From assembly GCA_051117335.1 (NCBI GenBank), contig JBNPEB010000044.1, positions 39,412-103,411 of the forward strand: a stretch of DNA of 64,000 nucleotides. The letters run 5' to 3'. Position numbers and translations under genes: made by a program. Origin of the DNA: Elainellaceae cyanobacterium. GTDB lineage: Bacteria > Cyanobacteriota > Cyanobacteriia > CAZCXK01. Shown one piece after another: positions 42,782 to 52,958 of the stretch. The notes beneath the pieces were generated by a model. That model ran no database searches. It saw only the letters and a list, made by a program, of their open reading frames with translations, and was not told the origin of the DNA. How positions within the stretch are numbered: position 1 is the stretch's first letter; each line of letters begins with the position of its first letter.

Positions 42782-44080
42782 GTGGGAAATTCAGAATTAT
42801 CGTCTTGTCTAGACGTAGCGTCTTCGGGAGTCGCTCAGTCCCCTACGAATAGAGCGTATCAATCGTGGCGGCGGCGGTTTATGCTAAATCGCCTTCGACT
42901 CGGTTTGACTATTGCTGTGGTCGCATATTTCACGTTTATTCTGCTCAGAGTGTTTCATGGGATCATGACCGCTGAGTGGGACTTATCTTGGCTGGTGATG
43001 GCAATTACGGCAGAGCTTGGCTTGGTGGTGTGTCTACTCCTCCAACGCACATCGTTTGGGCAACAGCGTCCTGCTGTACTTTTTTTAGGAGCGTCTTGGT
43101 CGATCACGCTAGTTGAGCAGATTTGGGCGACGGTACAACACATTGCCTTTCCTGGACTCTTTTCATGGACGCTGGTGTTTTTGACCCAATCGACACTAAT
43201 TCCAGTGCGTTGGTCTTTGCATTTAGTGTCTCAACTGGGCGTCTTGATTTACTACTTTGGCCTTAATTCAGCATTAGGATTATCTCCCCGAAACGGAACC
43301 GTGTGGAACGGTCGGCAAGTCCTCTACGTATTTTGGTTTTGCGCGATCTGCAACTTGGCTGTGTATCTGTACGAACAGCTTCAAAAGTCTGAGTTTGAAG
43401 CGCGATGCCGACTAGAAGCCGAACAAGAAAAATCAGAAAGATTGTTGCTCAATATTTTGCCAGAGGCGATCGCCAAAAAACTCAAACAAGACCAGCGCAT
43501 CATTGCCGACAGTTTTGCTGAAGCAACGGTCTTATTTGCTGATATTGTCGGTTTCACCAAATTATCGGCAGGCGTGCCGCCCCATGATGTGGTCGACTTA
43601 CTCAATCGGGTATTTTCTACCTTCGACCAACTGGTTGAACGCCACGGGTTAGAGAAAATCAAGACGATTGGGGACGCCTATATGGTGGTAGGCGGATTAC
43701 CCATCGAACGGAGCGACCATGTCGAAGCGGTTGCTGAACTCGCACTAGAGATGCAGCATGTCGTCGCCCAGTTTAAGACTCAAGAAAATCAACCGCTTCA
43801 GCTCCGCATCGGCATCAACACTGGCCCCGTCATTGCAGGCGTGATTGGTCGAAAGAAATTTATTTACGATTTGTGGGGGGATGCTGTGAATGTGGCAAGC
43901 CGCATGGAATCTCAAGGAATTGCAGGCTGTATCCAGGTGACTCCAGCGGTCTATGAGCGATTGGGCGATCGCTACACGGTTGAAATGCGAGGCCCGATTG
44001 ATATCAAAGGCAAAGGCTTAATGACGACCTACCTACTATTAGGACGGCATGATGATTCGCTAGAACCCCACGCCGCTTGA
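42782..44080 (+). CDS. Membrane-anchored class III adenylate/guanylate cyclase
   Basis: About six N-terminal TM helices, then a CHD cyclase domain (ATVLFADIVGFTKLS…IKTIGDAYMVVGGLP…GINTGPVIAGVIG…DLWGDAVNVASRME). Confidence 0.85.
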   Translation: MGNSELSSCLDVASSGVAQSPTNRAYQSWRRRFMLNRLRLGLTIAVVAYFTFILLRVFHGIMTAEWDLSWLVMAITAELGLVVCLLLQRTSFGQQRPAVLFLGASWSITLVEQIWATVQHIAFPGLFSWTLVFLTQSTLIPVRWSLHLVSQLGVLIYYFGLNSALGLSPRNGTVWNGRQVLYVFWFCAICNLAVYLYEQLQKSEFEARCRLEAEQEKSERLLLNILPEAIAKKLKQDQRIIADSFAEATVLFADIVGFTKLSAGVPPHDVVDLLNRVFSTFDQLVERHGLEKIKTIGDAYMVVGGLPIERSDHVEAVAELALEMQHVVAQFKTQENQPLQLRIGINTGPVIAGVIGRKKFIYDLWGDAVNVASRMESQGIAGCIQVTPAVYERLGDRYTVEMRGPIDIKGKGLMTTYLLLGRHDDSLEPHAA

Positions 44081-44212
44081 TGATGTGAGCAGAATCTAGG
44101 GACTCGCTTGTAAATCACCTACCACTAGCAATGACTCTGTACGGGCAAACGGCCGTTTGCCCCTACCCAACCGCTGGCGCATTATTTAAACGCTAATCCC
44201 CTATCTATGCAT

Positions 44213-44674
44213 CTACTGTGGATCGCAGCGAATTTCGACTAAAAACCCGTCTGGGTCATAGAAATAAATGCCTCGTCCGGTAGGGCGACTCACTGGCCCA
44301 TGATCAATCTGAATGGAATGCTGCCGAATCACCTCAACGGCTCGATCAAATAAAGCCGGGTCGATATCAAATGCGAGATGCCCAGCACGAGTGAAGGACT
44401 TTTCTGGATCGGGGTTCGGCGGTGACAGTTCGGGACGATGAAACAGATCGAGCACTGTGCCATCTGGAGTGATGAAGTTGGCTACTTTGCCGGTTTTGAC
44501 TAATTCTTTGAGGGTTTCGGGAATTTCCTCACCCGTCAGTTCATGTAGTCCCAAAATATTGCCATAGAAGTGACGCGATGCGGTCATATTGCTGACATTC
44601 AACGCGATGTGATGAACGCGGCGCAGTTGACCCGGAACTAGCGTCGGCTGGAGGGTTGAAGACTGTGAAACCAT
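44213..44674 (-). CDS. VOC/glyoxalase-bleomycin resistance family protein
   Basis: HHIALNVSNMTASRHFYGNILGL plus the paired beta-alpha-beta-beta-beta module. Confidence 0.7.
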   Translation of the reverse strand: MVSQSSTLQPTLVPGQLRRVHHIALNVSNMTASRHFYGNILGLHELTGEEIPETLKELVKTGKVANFITPDGTVLDLFHRPELSPPNPDPEKSFTRAGHLAFDIDPALFDRAVEVIRQHSIQIDHGPVSRPTGRGIYFYDPDGFLVEIRCDPQ

Positions 44675-44716
44675 GATGAAAAGCTCCAGATGGCGATCGG
44701 TTTAGGCGCGTAGACC

Positions 44717-45958
44717 CTAGAGGCTATAGTATTCGTCTAAGCGCATGAACACATTTAGCAATATGTTAGCGCCTTGGGTGCATTGTTCTGGGGTGGTGTA
44801 TTCGTCTTCTGCATGGCTGATGCCGCCAATGCTGGGCACAAAAATCATTCCCATGTCAGTGAATCGCCCAATTTCTTGAGCGTCGTGTCCAGCGCGACTG
44901 GGCAATGTGCAGTAGCTCAATCCAAAGTCTTGGGCAATTTGAGCGATCGCCTGTTGGATATGGGGGTTTGCCAGCGTGGGTTCGACCCGCAATAGTTGCT
45001 CGATGGTGACGGTAGTCCCTGTTTGTTCGGCAATCTGCTTTAAGCGCTGCTTCAGGTCAGCGACTAGATTATCAACGTGCTCTTGCGACAAATCTCGCAT
45101 ATCGAGGCTTAAATCGACCTGTCCTGGCACAATGTTTGCAGCATTCGGCGACACGTTAAGCATGCCGACTGTGGCAACCTGATCGCCAGGGGAGTTCTTT
45201 GCCAAATCTTCGACCGCAAGAACAATGTGAGACGCGGCGACTAGTGCATCTTGGCGTATATGCATCGGCGTTGTGCCTGCGTGATTGGGGCGACCCAACA
45301 CCGTTATGGTGAATCGGTTGAGGCTGACAATCCCTTCGACGACTCCGACTTGCGTTCCAGTCTTTTCTAAAACTCCTCCTTGTTCGACGTGGAGTTCAAT
45401 AAACGCGGCAATCTCATCACTCGTGCGCCGAGCGGTGTGGATAGTCTCCCAATCGCCTTCGATGACTTCTAAACAGGTCTGAATCGAGGTGCCATCTTTT
45501 CGATAGTAGGTTCCAGGGTCGGGGTTCACGCTGCCAGTCATGGCTTTGCTGCCGATCATGCTGCCTTCTTCGTCAGTGAAGACAATGACTTCGATGGGAT
45601 GGTTGAGCCTGATGTGATTTTCGTGTAGAGTCCTCACGACTTCGATGCCTGCCAATACACCGAGCGTGCCGTCGTAGCGCCCAGCTGAAGGAACGGTGTC
45701 AATATGAGATCCGGTGGCAAAGGCAGGGAGAGCGGATTTGCCTGGATAGGTGCCGATCATATTGCCTGCGGCATCGGTGCGCACCGACATGCCTGCTTCG
45801 CGCATCCAGTTGGCAACCAGATGCCGAGCTAACTGGTCTTCAGGGCTAAAGGAAATGCGCCGAACGCCTCCTCTTGGTAATTTCCCAATTTCTGCCAAGG
45901 TATCCAGATTGTGATTGAGGCGATCGCCATCGACGGTCAAAAGCGAAATAACAGACAT
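44717..45958 (-). CDS. M20 family Zn-dependent amidase (allantoate amidohydrolase / N-carbamoyl-L-amino-acid hydrolase type)
   Basis: GSHIDTVPSAGRYDGTLGVLAGIEVV and the downstream metal-binding H/E residues; 413 aa. Confidence 0.8.
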   Translation of the reverse strand: MSVISLLTVDGDRLNHNLDTLAEIGKLPRGGVRRISFSPEDQLARHLVANWMREAGMSVRTDAAGNMIGTYPGKSALPAFATGSHIDTVPSAGRYDGTLGVLAGIEVVRTLHENHIRLNHPIEVIVFTDEEGSMIGSKAMTGSVNPDPGTYYRKDGTSIQTCLEVIEGDWETIHTARRTSDEIAAFIELHVEQGGVLEKTGTQVGVVEGIVSLNRFTITVLGRPNHAGTTPMHIRQDALVAASHIVLAVEDLAKNSPGDQVATVGMLNVSPNAANIVPGQVDLSLDMRDLSQEHVDNLVADLKQRLKQIAEQTGTTVTIEQLLRVEPTLANPHIQQAIAQIAQDFGLSYCTLPSRAGHDAQEIGRFTDMGMIFVPSIGGISHAEDEYTTPEQCTQGANILLNVFMRLDEYYSL

Positions 45959-46151
45959 GCATAACCTCCCCGAGAACCCGTTGCACAGCGCTGTCTTCTA
46001 GATATTCAATCTGTCGCAATTCCTTATCTTAGTCGCAAGCGCTTCATCAAGACTGTCACAATCGACTCACTGTTACATATAGTCTGTTGCAGACCGATCT
46101 CATACTCCCTCGTGTACACTCAAGACTCAGTCTTCAACTAAACCGTTCAAA

Positions 46152-46640
46152 ATGGTGAAAACGCGCATTCTCGGGTTAGATCCCGGTCTTGCCATCGTGG
46201 GCTTTGGAGCAATTCAGTGTTGTGCTGATATGAAAGCTCCTCCAACTGTCTCACCGCTTGATTTTGGAGTAATTCAAACCCCCGCCCACACGGAGACGGG
46301 AAAACGACTCTGCACGATTTATGAGGACTTAAATCAGGTACTTGAGCACTGTCAGCCCGATTTGGTCGCCATTGAGAAACTCTTCTTTTATCGCATGGGA
46401 AATACAATCCAGGTGGCTCAAGCGCGGGGGGTGATTTTGCTCGTGTTAGCCCAGCACAACCTGTCGTTTGTGGAATTTACCCCTGCTCAGGTAAAACAAG
46501 CCCTGACAGGCTATGGCAATGCCGATAAATATGCCGTGCAAGAAGCCGTTGCTCGGGAGCTAAACCTAGAGGCGATTCCTCGCCCGGATGATGCAGCAGA
46601 TGCGCTGGCGATCGCCCTTGCAGCTTGGTTTCAGCGATGA
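46152..46640 (+). CDS. ruvC: Holliday junction resolvase RuvC
   Basis: [15 protein letters not shown]-terminus and RuvC catalytic acidic residues; 162 aa. Confidence 0.88.
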   Translation: MVKTRILGLDPGLAIVGFGAIQCCADMKAPPTVSPLDFGVIQTPAHTETGKRLCTIYEDLNQVLEHCQPDLVAIEKLFFYRMGNTIQVAQARGVILLVLAQHNLSFVEFTPAQVKQALTGYGNADKYAVQEAVARELNLEAIPRPDDAADALAIALAAWFQR

Positions 46641-46651
46641 TTTGCTCTGCC

Positions 46652-46879
46652 TTATAGGGCTTCAAAGGTAGCGGTGAACCCCTCCAGGGTCAAACACTCT
46701 TCTACAAATTCTTCAGCCTCGCTAACCGTCTCAACCTGATATTCCATCAGCCGACGCTCATCGTCTTTCATCTTTTTAGACGAGATGGGTGTTGCTGCAT
46801 GGTTCTCAGCAACCGCATTAAACGCCTTGGCATGGTTGCGCCAACTCTCAGCCGAGCATTGAATGATCACCCGCCACAT
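46652..46879 (-). CDS. Small hypothetical protein immediately downstream of the DEAD-box helicase
   Basis: A 75-aa ORF starting 21 nt after the helicase stop on the same strand. Possibly shorter, starting at MKDDERR. Confidence 0.3.
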   Translation of the reverse strand: MWRVIIQCSAESWRNHAKAFNAVAENHAATPISSKKMKDDERRLMEYQVETVSEAEEFVEECLTLEGFTATFEAL

Positions 46880-46899
46880 GATTAAAGCCCTCGTTTTGT

Positions 46900-48174
46900 C
46901 TAGTTTGCGAACCGATTGCGTTTGCGATTTCCGGCGGCGGCAGCCTTCCTGCGGCGAGGGGCGGCAGTTTGAGGGCGAGGCGTTGACTTAGAACCTCGAC
47001 GTTTATGCTGATGATTGGACTTCTCAGCCTCAGACTTAGAAGCCGTAGGTTCGTAGCCGGGAATCACGTCTTGGGTCAGTCTCCGCTTCAGCAACGTTTC
47101 GATGCTTCTCAGCAGGGGATATTCATCTTTTGAGACGAGAGAGACAGCACGCCCCTCGTTGCCTGCACGCCCAGTACGACCAATACGATGCACATAGTCT
47201 TCAGGAACATGGGGCAGTTCAAAATTTACCACGTGGGGCAGTTGGTCGATGTCTAGACCGCGCGATGCGACGTCGGTTGCAACCAAGACGCGAACCTTTC
47301 CTTGCTTAAAGTCTTTGAGGGCGCGGGTGCGGGCTGCCTGACTTTTATTGCCGTGAATTGTGGTGGTTTTCAGCCCGTCTTTGGCGAGTTGTTCGGCTAG
47401 ACGGTTCGCACCATGCTTGGTGCGGGTGAACACTAGCACCTGTTTCCAGTTGTGGAAGCCGATCATGTAAGACAGCAGCGCTCGTTTGCGATTGCTATCT
47501 ACTGGATGAACCACTTGTTCGACTTGCTCGGCGGCGGTGTTGCGGGGGGCGACTTCAATCTGGGTCGGAGCCGTGAGAATTGTGCCAGCAAGCTGCTGAA
47601 TTGCTTTAGAGAAAGTAGCAGAAAACATCAGCGTTTGGCGAGCAGCAGGTATATAGGCCAAAATTTTGCGGATGTCGCGGATGAAGCCCATGTCTAACAT
47701 GCGATCGCACTCATCCAACACCAAAATCTCAATGTGCGAAAGGTCGAGGGTCTTTTGCCCAACGTGGTCAAGCAATCGCCCCGGCGTAGCGACCACAATA
47801 TCAACTCCGCGTCGCAGCGCTTGGACCTGCGGATGCATACCCACGCCGCCATAAACTACCGCCGACTGGAGAGACAGATATTTGCCGTAGGTTTTGACGC
47901 TGTCACTGACCTGGGCTGCCAATTCGCGGGTAGGAGTCAAGATGAGCGCACGCGGAGCGCGATGCCCCGTGCCGTGAGCAGAACTAAGGCGTTGCAACAG
48001 CGGCAGCGTAAACCCAGCCGTTTTGCCCGTGCCCGTTTGCGCACTGGCGAAGATATCGTGCCCGTTTAAGATTGCAGGAATGGCTTGTTGCTGAATGGGT
48101 GTTGGGGTGGTGTAGCCCTCATCGGCAACAGCACGAAGCAGATCGGTCGAAAGACCGAGAGTATCAAATGTCAT
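46900..48174 (-). CDS. DEAD-box ATP-dependent RNA helicase (CrhR-like) with basic C-terminal tail
   Basis: Q-motif, Walker A (AQTGTGKT), DECD, SAT and HRIGRTGR motifs; 424 aa. Confidence 0.9.
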   Translation of the reverse strand: MTFDTLGLSTDLLRAVADEGYTTPTPIQQQAIPAILNGHDIFASAQTGTGKTAGFTLPLLQRLSSAHGTGHRAPRALILTPTRELAAQVSDSVKTYGKYLSLQSAVVYGGVGMHPQVQALRRGVDIVVATPGRLLDHVGQKTLDLSHIEILVLDECDRMLDMGFIRDIRKILAYIPAARQTLMFSATFSKAIQQLAGTILTAPTQIEVAPRNTAAEQVEQVVHPVDSNRKRALLSYMIGFHNWKQVLVFTRTKHGANRLAEQLAKDGLKTTTIHGNKSQAARTRALKDFKQGKVRVLVATDVASRGLDIDQLPHVVNFELPHVPEDYVHRIGRTGRAGNEGRAVSLVSKDEYPLLRSIETLLKRRLTQDVIPGYEPTASKSEAEKSNHQHKRRGSKSTPRPQTAAPRRRKAAAAGNRKRNRFAN

Positions 48175-48673
48175 GAAGATTGCTCATAGTGGTTGGTGCC
48201 CTTCTCCCAAATGAAATGCTGGGACCAGCCTGAGAGCAGTTGCGTGTACAGGTTAATTGGATGGCTCGAATAACCAAGTTCCAATGCGCCAGCAGCAGAC
48301 CGGAATGATGTGGCGATCTTTATCGTAACAGAGGGAGCGTTAGCTGACGAACCTCAAAACAAAACGATCATCGCTCTCTGATGCAACAGGATCGCAACCC
48401 GAGAGCGATCGCCATTCGATATTACGTCTGTCTCTATGTTGTGCGATCGCAATTCAATGTAAGTCATCGCAATTCAAAGATCATCGATAACATTCACATA
48501 TCGAGCCTTGATCATTCGATGTTGCTCTATGACAATGGCATGGTTGTCGATAACAATCCTTCTGTAACTGCTGCAATCGTATATGGGTTAGTGTAGGCAA
48601 ATATTCAAGTCGTCAGAGACTAAGCCCGTAGGGCCATAAAAGTGGCGATCGCCTCAATCCTTTAAACAAACAA

Positions 48674-50164
48674 ATGGCAAATATAAATCATCAATGGCGA
48701 CAAGAATGGCGACAAGAATGGCGACAAGGTGAACTCGTAGACATCACGATCGCCAATTTGAGCAATAGCGGGGATGGCGTGGGGCGGTGGGGCGATCGCG
48801 TTGTGTTTGTGCCAGATGCCGTGCCGGGCGATCGCCTCTTAGCGCGACTCATTCGCGTCAAGCCCACCTATGCCCACGGCAAAATCCATGAGCTACTCAC
48901 CCCCTCACCTCATCGCATTCGCCCAAGCTGCATCGTGGCAGATAAGTGTGGGGGCTGTCAGTGGCAGTTTGTCAGCTACGAACAGCAGCTCATCGAAAAG
49001 CGCAATCAGGTGATTCAAGCTTTAGAGCGCATCGGCGGATTAGAGAATCCTCCTGTTGACCCTGTTTTACCGTCCCAACCCTTGGGCTATCGCAACAAAG
49101 CAACCTATCCCTTACGGGGAAGCACCCCGCATCTCGCACCCCGCAACCCCGACAAAACGCGCACATCTCCGCAAACTACACCCCATCTCCTCGTCCAAGC
49201 AGGTTACTACCAAAAAGGCAGTCATAAACTCATTAACCTCAACCAGTGCCCTGTACAAGATCAGCGATTGAATCCTCTACTTGCTGGAGTCAAACACGAT
49301 ATTCAGCAGCGAGGGTGGAGTATCTATGACGAAGACCGCCATCAGGGGCAGTTGCGCCATTTGGGATTGCGAATTGGGCAGAGGACAGGAGAAATCTTGC
49401 TGACGCTGGTCTCTCGCGATGCCGATTTGCCAGGGCTCGAAGACCAAGCAGCGCGTTGGCTCGATCACTATCCTGGGCTAGTTGGGGTGTCGCTAAACTT
49501 CAATCCCAAGCGGACCAATGCAATTTTTGGTGCAGACACTCGCTGCATTGCCGGACAGCCCTATCTGCGCGAGATATTTGCTGGCTTAGAGTTTCAGATT
49601 CGCCCGACGACCTTCTTTCAAATCAATACTGCCCAGGCAGATGCGCTGCTTACCATCATTCTCAATGAGCTTGATTTGCAGGGCACAGAACTTGTCCTCG
49701 ATGCCTATTGCGGTGTGGGAACCCTCACCCTACCATTGGCAAGCCAGGCTCGCTGGGCAGTTGGCTTGGAAATTCAACCCGACGCAATCGAGCAGGCTAC
49801 CGTCAATGCCAACCTGAACGGCATTACCAACATCACATTTCAAGCAGGCTCGGTCGAAACCCTCATGCCTCGTCTGTCTGATATATTGCCCAATGAGCTG
49901 GAAAATCCCGATTTGGTCGTGCTCGACCCGCCTCGCAAAGGGTGCGATCGCGCGGTGATAGATACTTTATTGACTCTTCAGCCCGATCGCATCGTCTATG
50001 TCAGTTGCAACCCGGCGACGCTTGCCCGCGACCTGACGAGCCTCTGTGGTGAGGGAGGCTATCATCTGACGCGCGTTCAGCCAGCCGATTTCTTTCCGCA
50101 GACTGCCCACGTTGAATGTGCGGCATTTCTTAAATCCACGACAGGTTTGAAGGACGAACCTTGA
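48674..50164 (+). CDS. rlmD: 23S rRNA (uracil-5)-methyltransferase RlmD/RumA (TRAM + 4Fe-4S + SAM MTase)
   Basis: TRAM domain, a Cys cluster (CGGCQWQ), a SAM-binding motif (VLDAYCGVGTLTLPLA) and the catalytic motif (VLDPPRKGC). Confidence 0.85.
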   Translation: MANINHQWRQEWRQEWRQGELVDITIANLSNSGDGVGRWGDRVVFVPDAVPGDRLLARLIRVKPTYAHGKIHELLTPSPHRIRPSCIVADKCGGCQWQFVSYEQQLIEKRNQVIQALERIGGLENPPVDPVLPSQPLGYRNKATYPLRGSTPHLAPRNPDKTRTSPQTTPHLLVQAGYYQKGSHKLINLNQCPVQDQRLNPLLAGVKHDIQQRGWSIYDEDRHQGQLRHLGLRIGQRTGEILLTLVSRDADLPGLEDQAARWLDHYPGLVGVSLNFNPKRTNAIFGADTRCIAGQPYLREIFAGLEFQIRPTTFFQINTAQADALLTIILNELDLQGTELVLDAYCGVGTLTLPLASQARWAVGLEIQPDAIEQATVNANLNGITNITFQAGSVETLMPRLSDILPNELENPDLVVLDPPRKGCDRAVIDTLLTLQPDRIVYVSCNPATLARDLTSLCGEGGYHLTRVQPADFFPQTAHVECAAFLKSTTGLKDEP

Positions 50165-50221
50165 AGTTAATCCTCCTATAATTTAGGGTGAGGTTTCGCC
50201 CTAGACTCATGCCCCAGACTT

Positions 50222-50719
50222 ATGCCTAAAAAAGACCCCGCTGTACTCAAAAAAGTCACCGTCAGCCTCCCCTTTGGCATTGGCTCTGCCTCGTGGGAAG
50301 CGGACCCCACCGAACGCAACGCCGCTTGGGAACTCTACATCGAACTGGTGACCCGCGTCGCGGTGCAGTCCTTGAGCGCTGATGCTGGAACCGTGCGAGA
50401 GGCGATGAATTCGCTCTATAGCTTATTCGGCTCGACTCGCGAGATTTTGCGGAAAGCGGGGCCGGATGTGGGAGCGTCACATGATTCGGTAGGCGGAATT
50501 GCGATCGCCGTTCTCAACAATGGCTTGCGTCCGTTTTTGTCAAAATGGCATCCGCTGCTGCAAGAATGGGAAGCTAAGAAAAAACCCGACATTAGCCCCC
50601 AAACGCATGAAAAGGCGTGGGATCAGGAACCTGTTTTGCGGAGCGATCTGGAAGCTCTGCGAGGAGATTTGGAGCAGTATGCCAATGCCTTGGCGGAAAT
50701 TGCAGGGGTTACGCATTGA
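50222..50719 (+). CDS. Hypothetical protein (165 aa)
   Basis: No domain recognised. Confidence 0.35.
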   Translation: MPKKDPAVLKKVTVSLPFGIGSASWEADPTERNAAWELYIELVTRVAVQSLSADAGTVREAMNSLYSLFGSTREILRKAGPDVGASHDSVGGIAIAVLNNGLRPFLSKWHPLLQEWEAKKKPDISPQTHEKAWDQEPVLRSDLEALRGDLEQYANALAEIAGVTH

Positions 50720-50903
50720 TTGACTGATAAAACTCTGAGAGCTGGCGGGCAAAACCGCTGCTACACAAACAAAGCCCGACACCACAGCCCGTCGGGCATA
50801 CGAATCATGATCTCACATTCGATTGGGGCGATCGCCGCTATAGCGCATAGCGCAATATTCGTTACAGTAATAATTAATGATATCGATCGCCCGCTGACGA
50901 ATC

Positions 50904-52565
50904 ATGAAGCGCACCATTGTTTGGTTTCGTCGAGATTTGCGAATTGCAGACCATCTGCCCCTGTATCGAGCCGCAAATCGGGGGGCGGTCATTCCTGTGT
51001 TTGTTTTTGATCGGGCATTACTGCATCATCCCGAAACCAGCCCTGCGCGAGTCGAGTTTATGCTGAACTGTTTGGCAAGTCTTGATCACGACTTGCGATC
51101 GCGCGGGGGGCGATTAATTTTGCGATATGGTGACCCAGCCGAGGTGCTGCCTCAGCTCGTTCGAGACACCCAGGCTGACGGCATCTATGCTCACATTGAT
51201 TTTGAGCGCATCTACGGGCGCGTGCGCGACGCAACCCTCAATCGCACTCTCGCTCAAAGCAAGATGAAAATTCGCTGGTTTGAGCCTGCTGCCACCACGC
51301 CTCATCTGATCCCGTATCCAGACTATCGCAGGCTGTGGTTTCGAGACATGGATGCCGATAGGGTGCCAGTGCCGCCTCGTATACGCGTTCCCAGCGACAT
51401 TCACAGTGAACTGCTGCCCCAACTAGCGGACCTCGGACTCATGTCAGACGGTAAGCCCATTCCTGAAGGCGGCATCGAGCCTGCACGCAAGCTCTTGCAA
51501 GAATTCTTAGATGAAAAGACCGATCGCTACTACTGGCAACTGTCTTATCCTGGAGCTGAAGCCACATCAGGGTTGAGTCCCTATATCAAATTTGGTGCCA
51601 TCTCAGTCCGAGAATGCTACCAAACCGTAAAACACCTCAAGTCAGACGACTTCAAACTGAAGCGAAGTCAGAGTCAATTTATTGCCCGATTGCGCTGGGG
51701 TAGCGGCTTTGCTCAGCGATTTCGCTACATGCCACAGCTTGAAGTGCGATCGCTCTATCAGGTGTTTGATGACGACGGTTGGGAGTTTGACGACGGCTTG
51801 TATGAAGCATGGCAACAGGGGCAAACCGGGTTTCCCATTGTTGATGCGGCTGCTCGGTGTTTACTCGAAACGGGTGGCTGGAAGCAGCTTAACTTTCGCG
51901 TCCGCGCTTTGTATTCTAGTTTTTTGAGCAATTTGCTGGGAATGGACTGGCGATTTGGCGCCCTTCATTTTATGCAGCATTTAATTGATGGAGACTGCCC
52001 CATTGACCATTATCAGTGGGCGATGCAGTCTGGAGTGACCCACTGTGTCGATAAAACTTGGACGCGCATTTACAATCCTGAGCAGGTTGCCGTCGATCGC
52101 TGCGACCCCGACGGGATATTTATCAAACAGTGGGTTCCTGAAGTCGCTCATCTGCCTGCAAACCAGTTGGGTGCTCCGCCTCGCTTGAAAGACTATCCGC
52201 CGCCGATTCTTGACTATCGAAAGGCTCGACAAATCCGGGTCAAACAGCTTGAGCAGCAGCGGGCTATGTTTCTCAATCAAGATAATGTTGTACCATATCT
52301 GGCACGATTACCTAAGGATCTGACGCCATTTGGGAGCGATCGCGTCGATCATAGCGAAACCAGTTGGGCAACGGCCCCTGGGCTAGATCTCTTCCCGCCC
52401 CCATTAGATCTAGACAGTCTTGATTTAGCAGGCACAAAGGCACTGCGAACCTGGTTTGTCGCCCATGTAGACATCAAACCCCGCAAAATCCCGAAGCGGA
52501 AACCACCCTCTCGCAAATCGAAACAGCATGATGATGGGATCATTCAGCTTTCGCTGTTGCCATAG
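50904..52565 (+). CDS. Cryptochrome/photolyase family protein (FAD-binding) with ~80-aa C-terminal extension
   Basis: N-terminal photolyase alpha/beta domain (IVWFRRDLRIADHLPL) and an FAD-binding helical domain (W..W…GFPIVDAA…LxxTGWxxxxxR); 553 aa. Confidence 0.85.
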   Translation: MKRTIVWFRRDLRIADHLPLYRAANRGAVIPVFVFDRALLHHPETSPARVEFMLNCLASLDHDLRSRGGRLILRYGDPAEVLPQLVRDTQADGIYAHIDFERIYGRVRDATLNRTLAQSKMKIRWFEPAATTPHLIPYPDYRRLWFRDMDADRVPVPPRIRVPSDIHSELLPQLADLGLMSDGKPIPEGGIEPARKLLQEFLDEKTDRYYWQLSYPGAEATSGLSPYIKFGAISVRECYQTVKHLKSDDFKLKRSQSQFIARLRWGSGFAQRFRYMPQLEVRSLYQVFDDDGWEFDDGLYEAWQQGQTGFPIVDAAARCLLETGGWKQLNFRVRALYSSFLSNLLGMDWRFGALHFMQHLIDGDCPIDHYQWAMQSGVTHCVDKTWTRIYNPEQVAVDRCDPDGIFIKQWVPEVAHLPANQLGAPPRLKDYPPPILDYRKARQIRVKQLEQQRAMFLNQDNVVPYLARLPKDLTPFGSDRVDHSETSWATAPGLDLFPPPLDLDSLDLAGTKALRTWFVAHVDIKPRKIPKRKPPSRKSKQHDDGIIQLSLLP

Positions 52566-52958
52566 CGTAGTTTTTAATCAGGCCGCTAATGCAGTGATGG
52601 TGGTCACATTGATGCACTGACCAATCTCACGAGGAGAGCCCCCTTGCATCACGCGGTGCTAGCTCAATGGGAGAAATAATACGATATCCGCTAATTCGTG
52701 TTCGTTATGAAACTCGCGTCAATCTTTATTTCCTCAGCCATTATTGTTGCGATGACATCAGTCTTACTTCGCGTCTTAATGGAGCCTAAAGTCAGAATCA
52801 TTCCGCCTACGTCCAGTGTCGAGCAAATCAACGTGCCAGTGGGGTAGTTCGCCCGCTCATGAATGGCGTTACTTTCATAACGAATTACCTCCAAAAAGCG
52901 GCTTATGTAAACCACAAACCGTCCCACTATTGCATATCGGCACTGCTTAAACAGTCAC

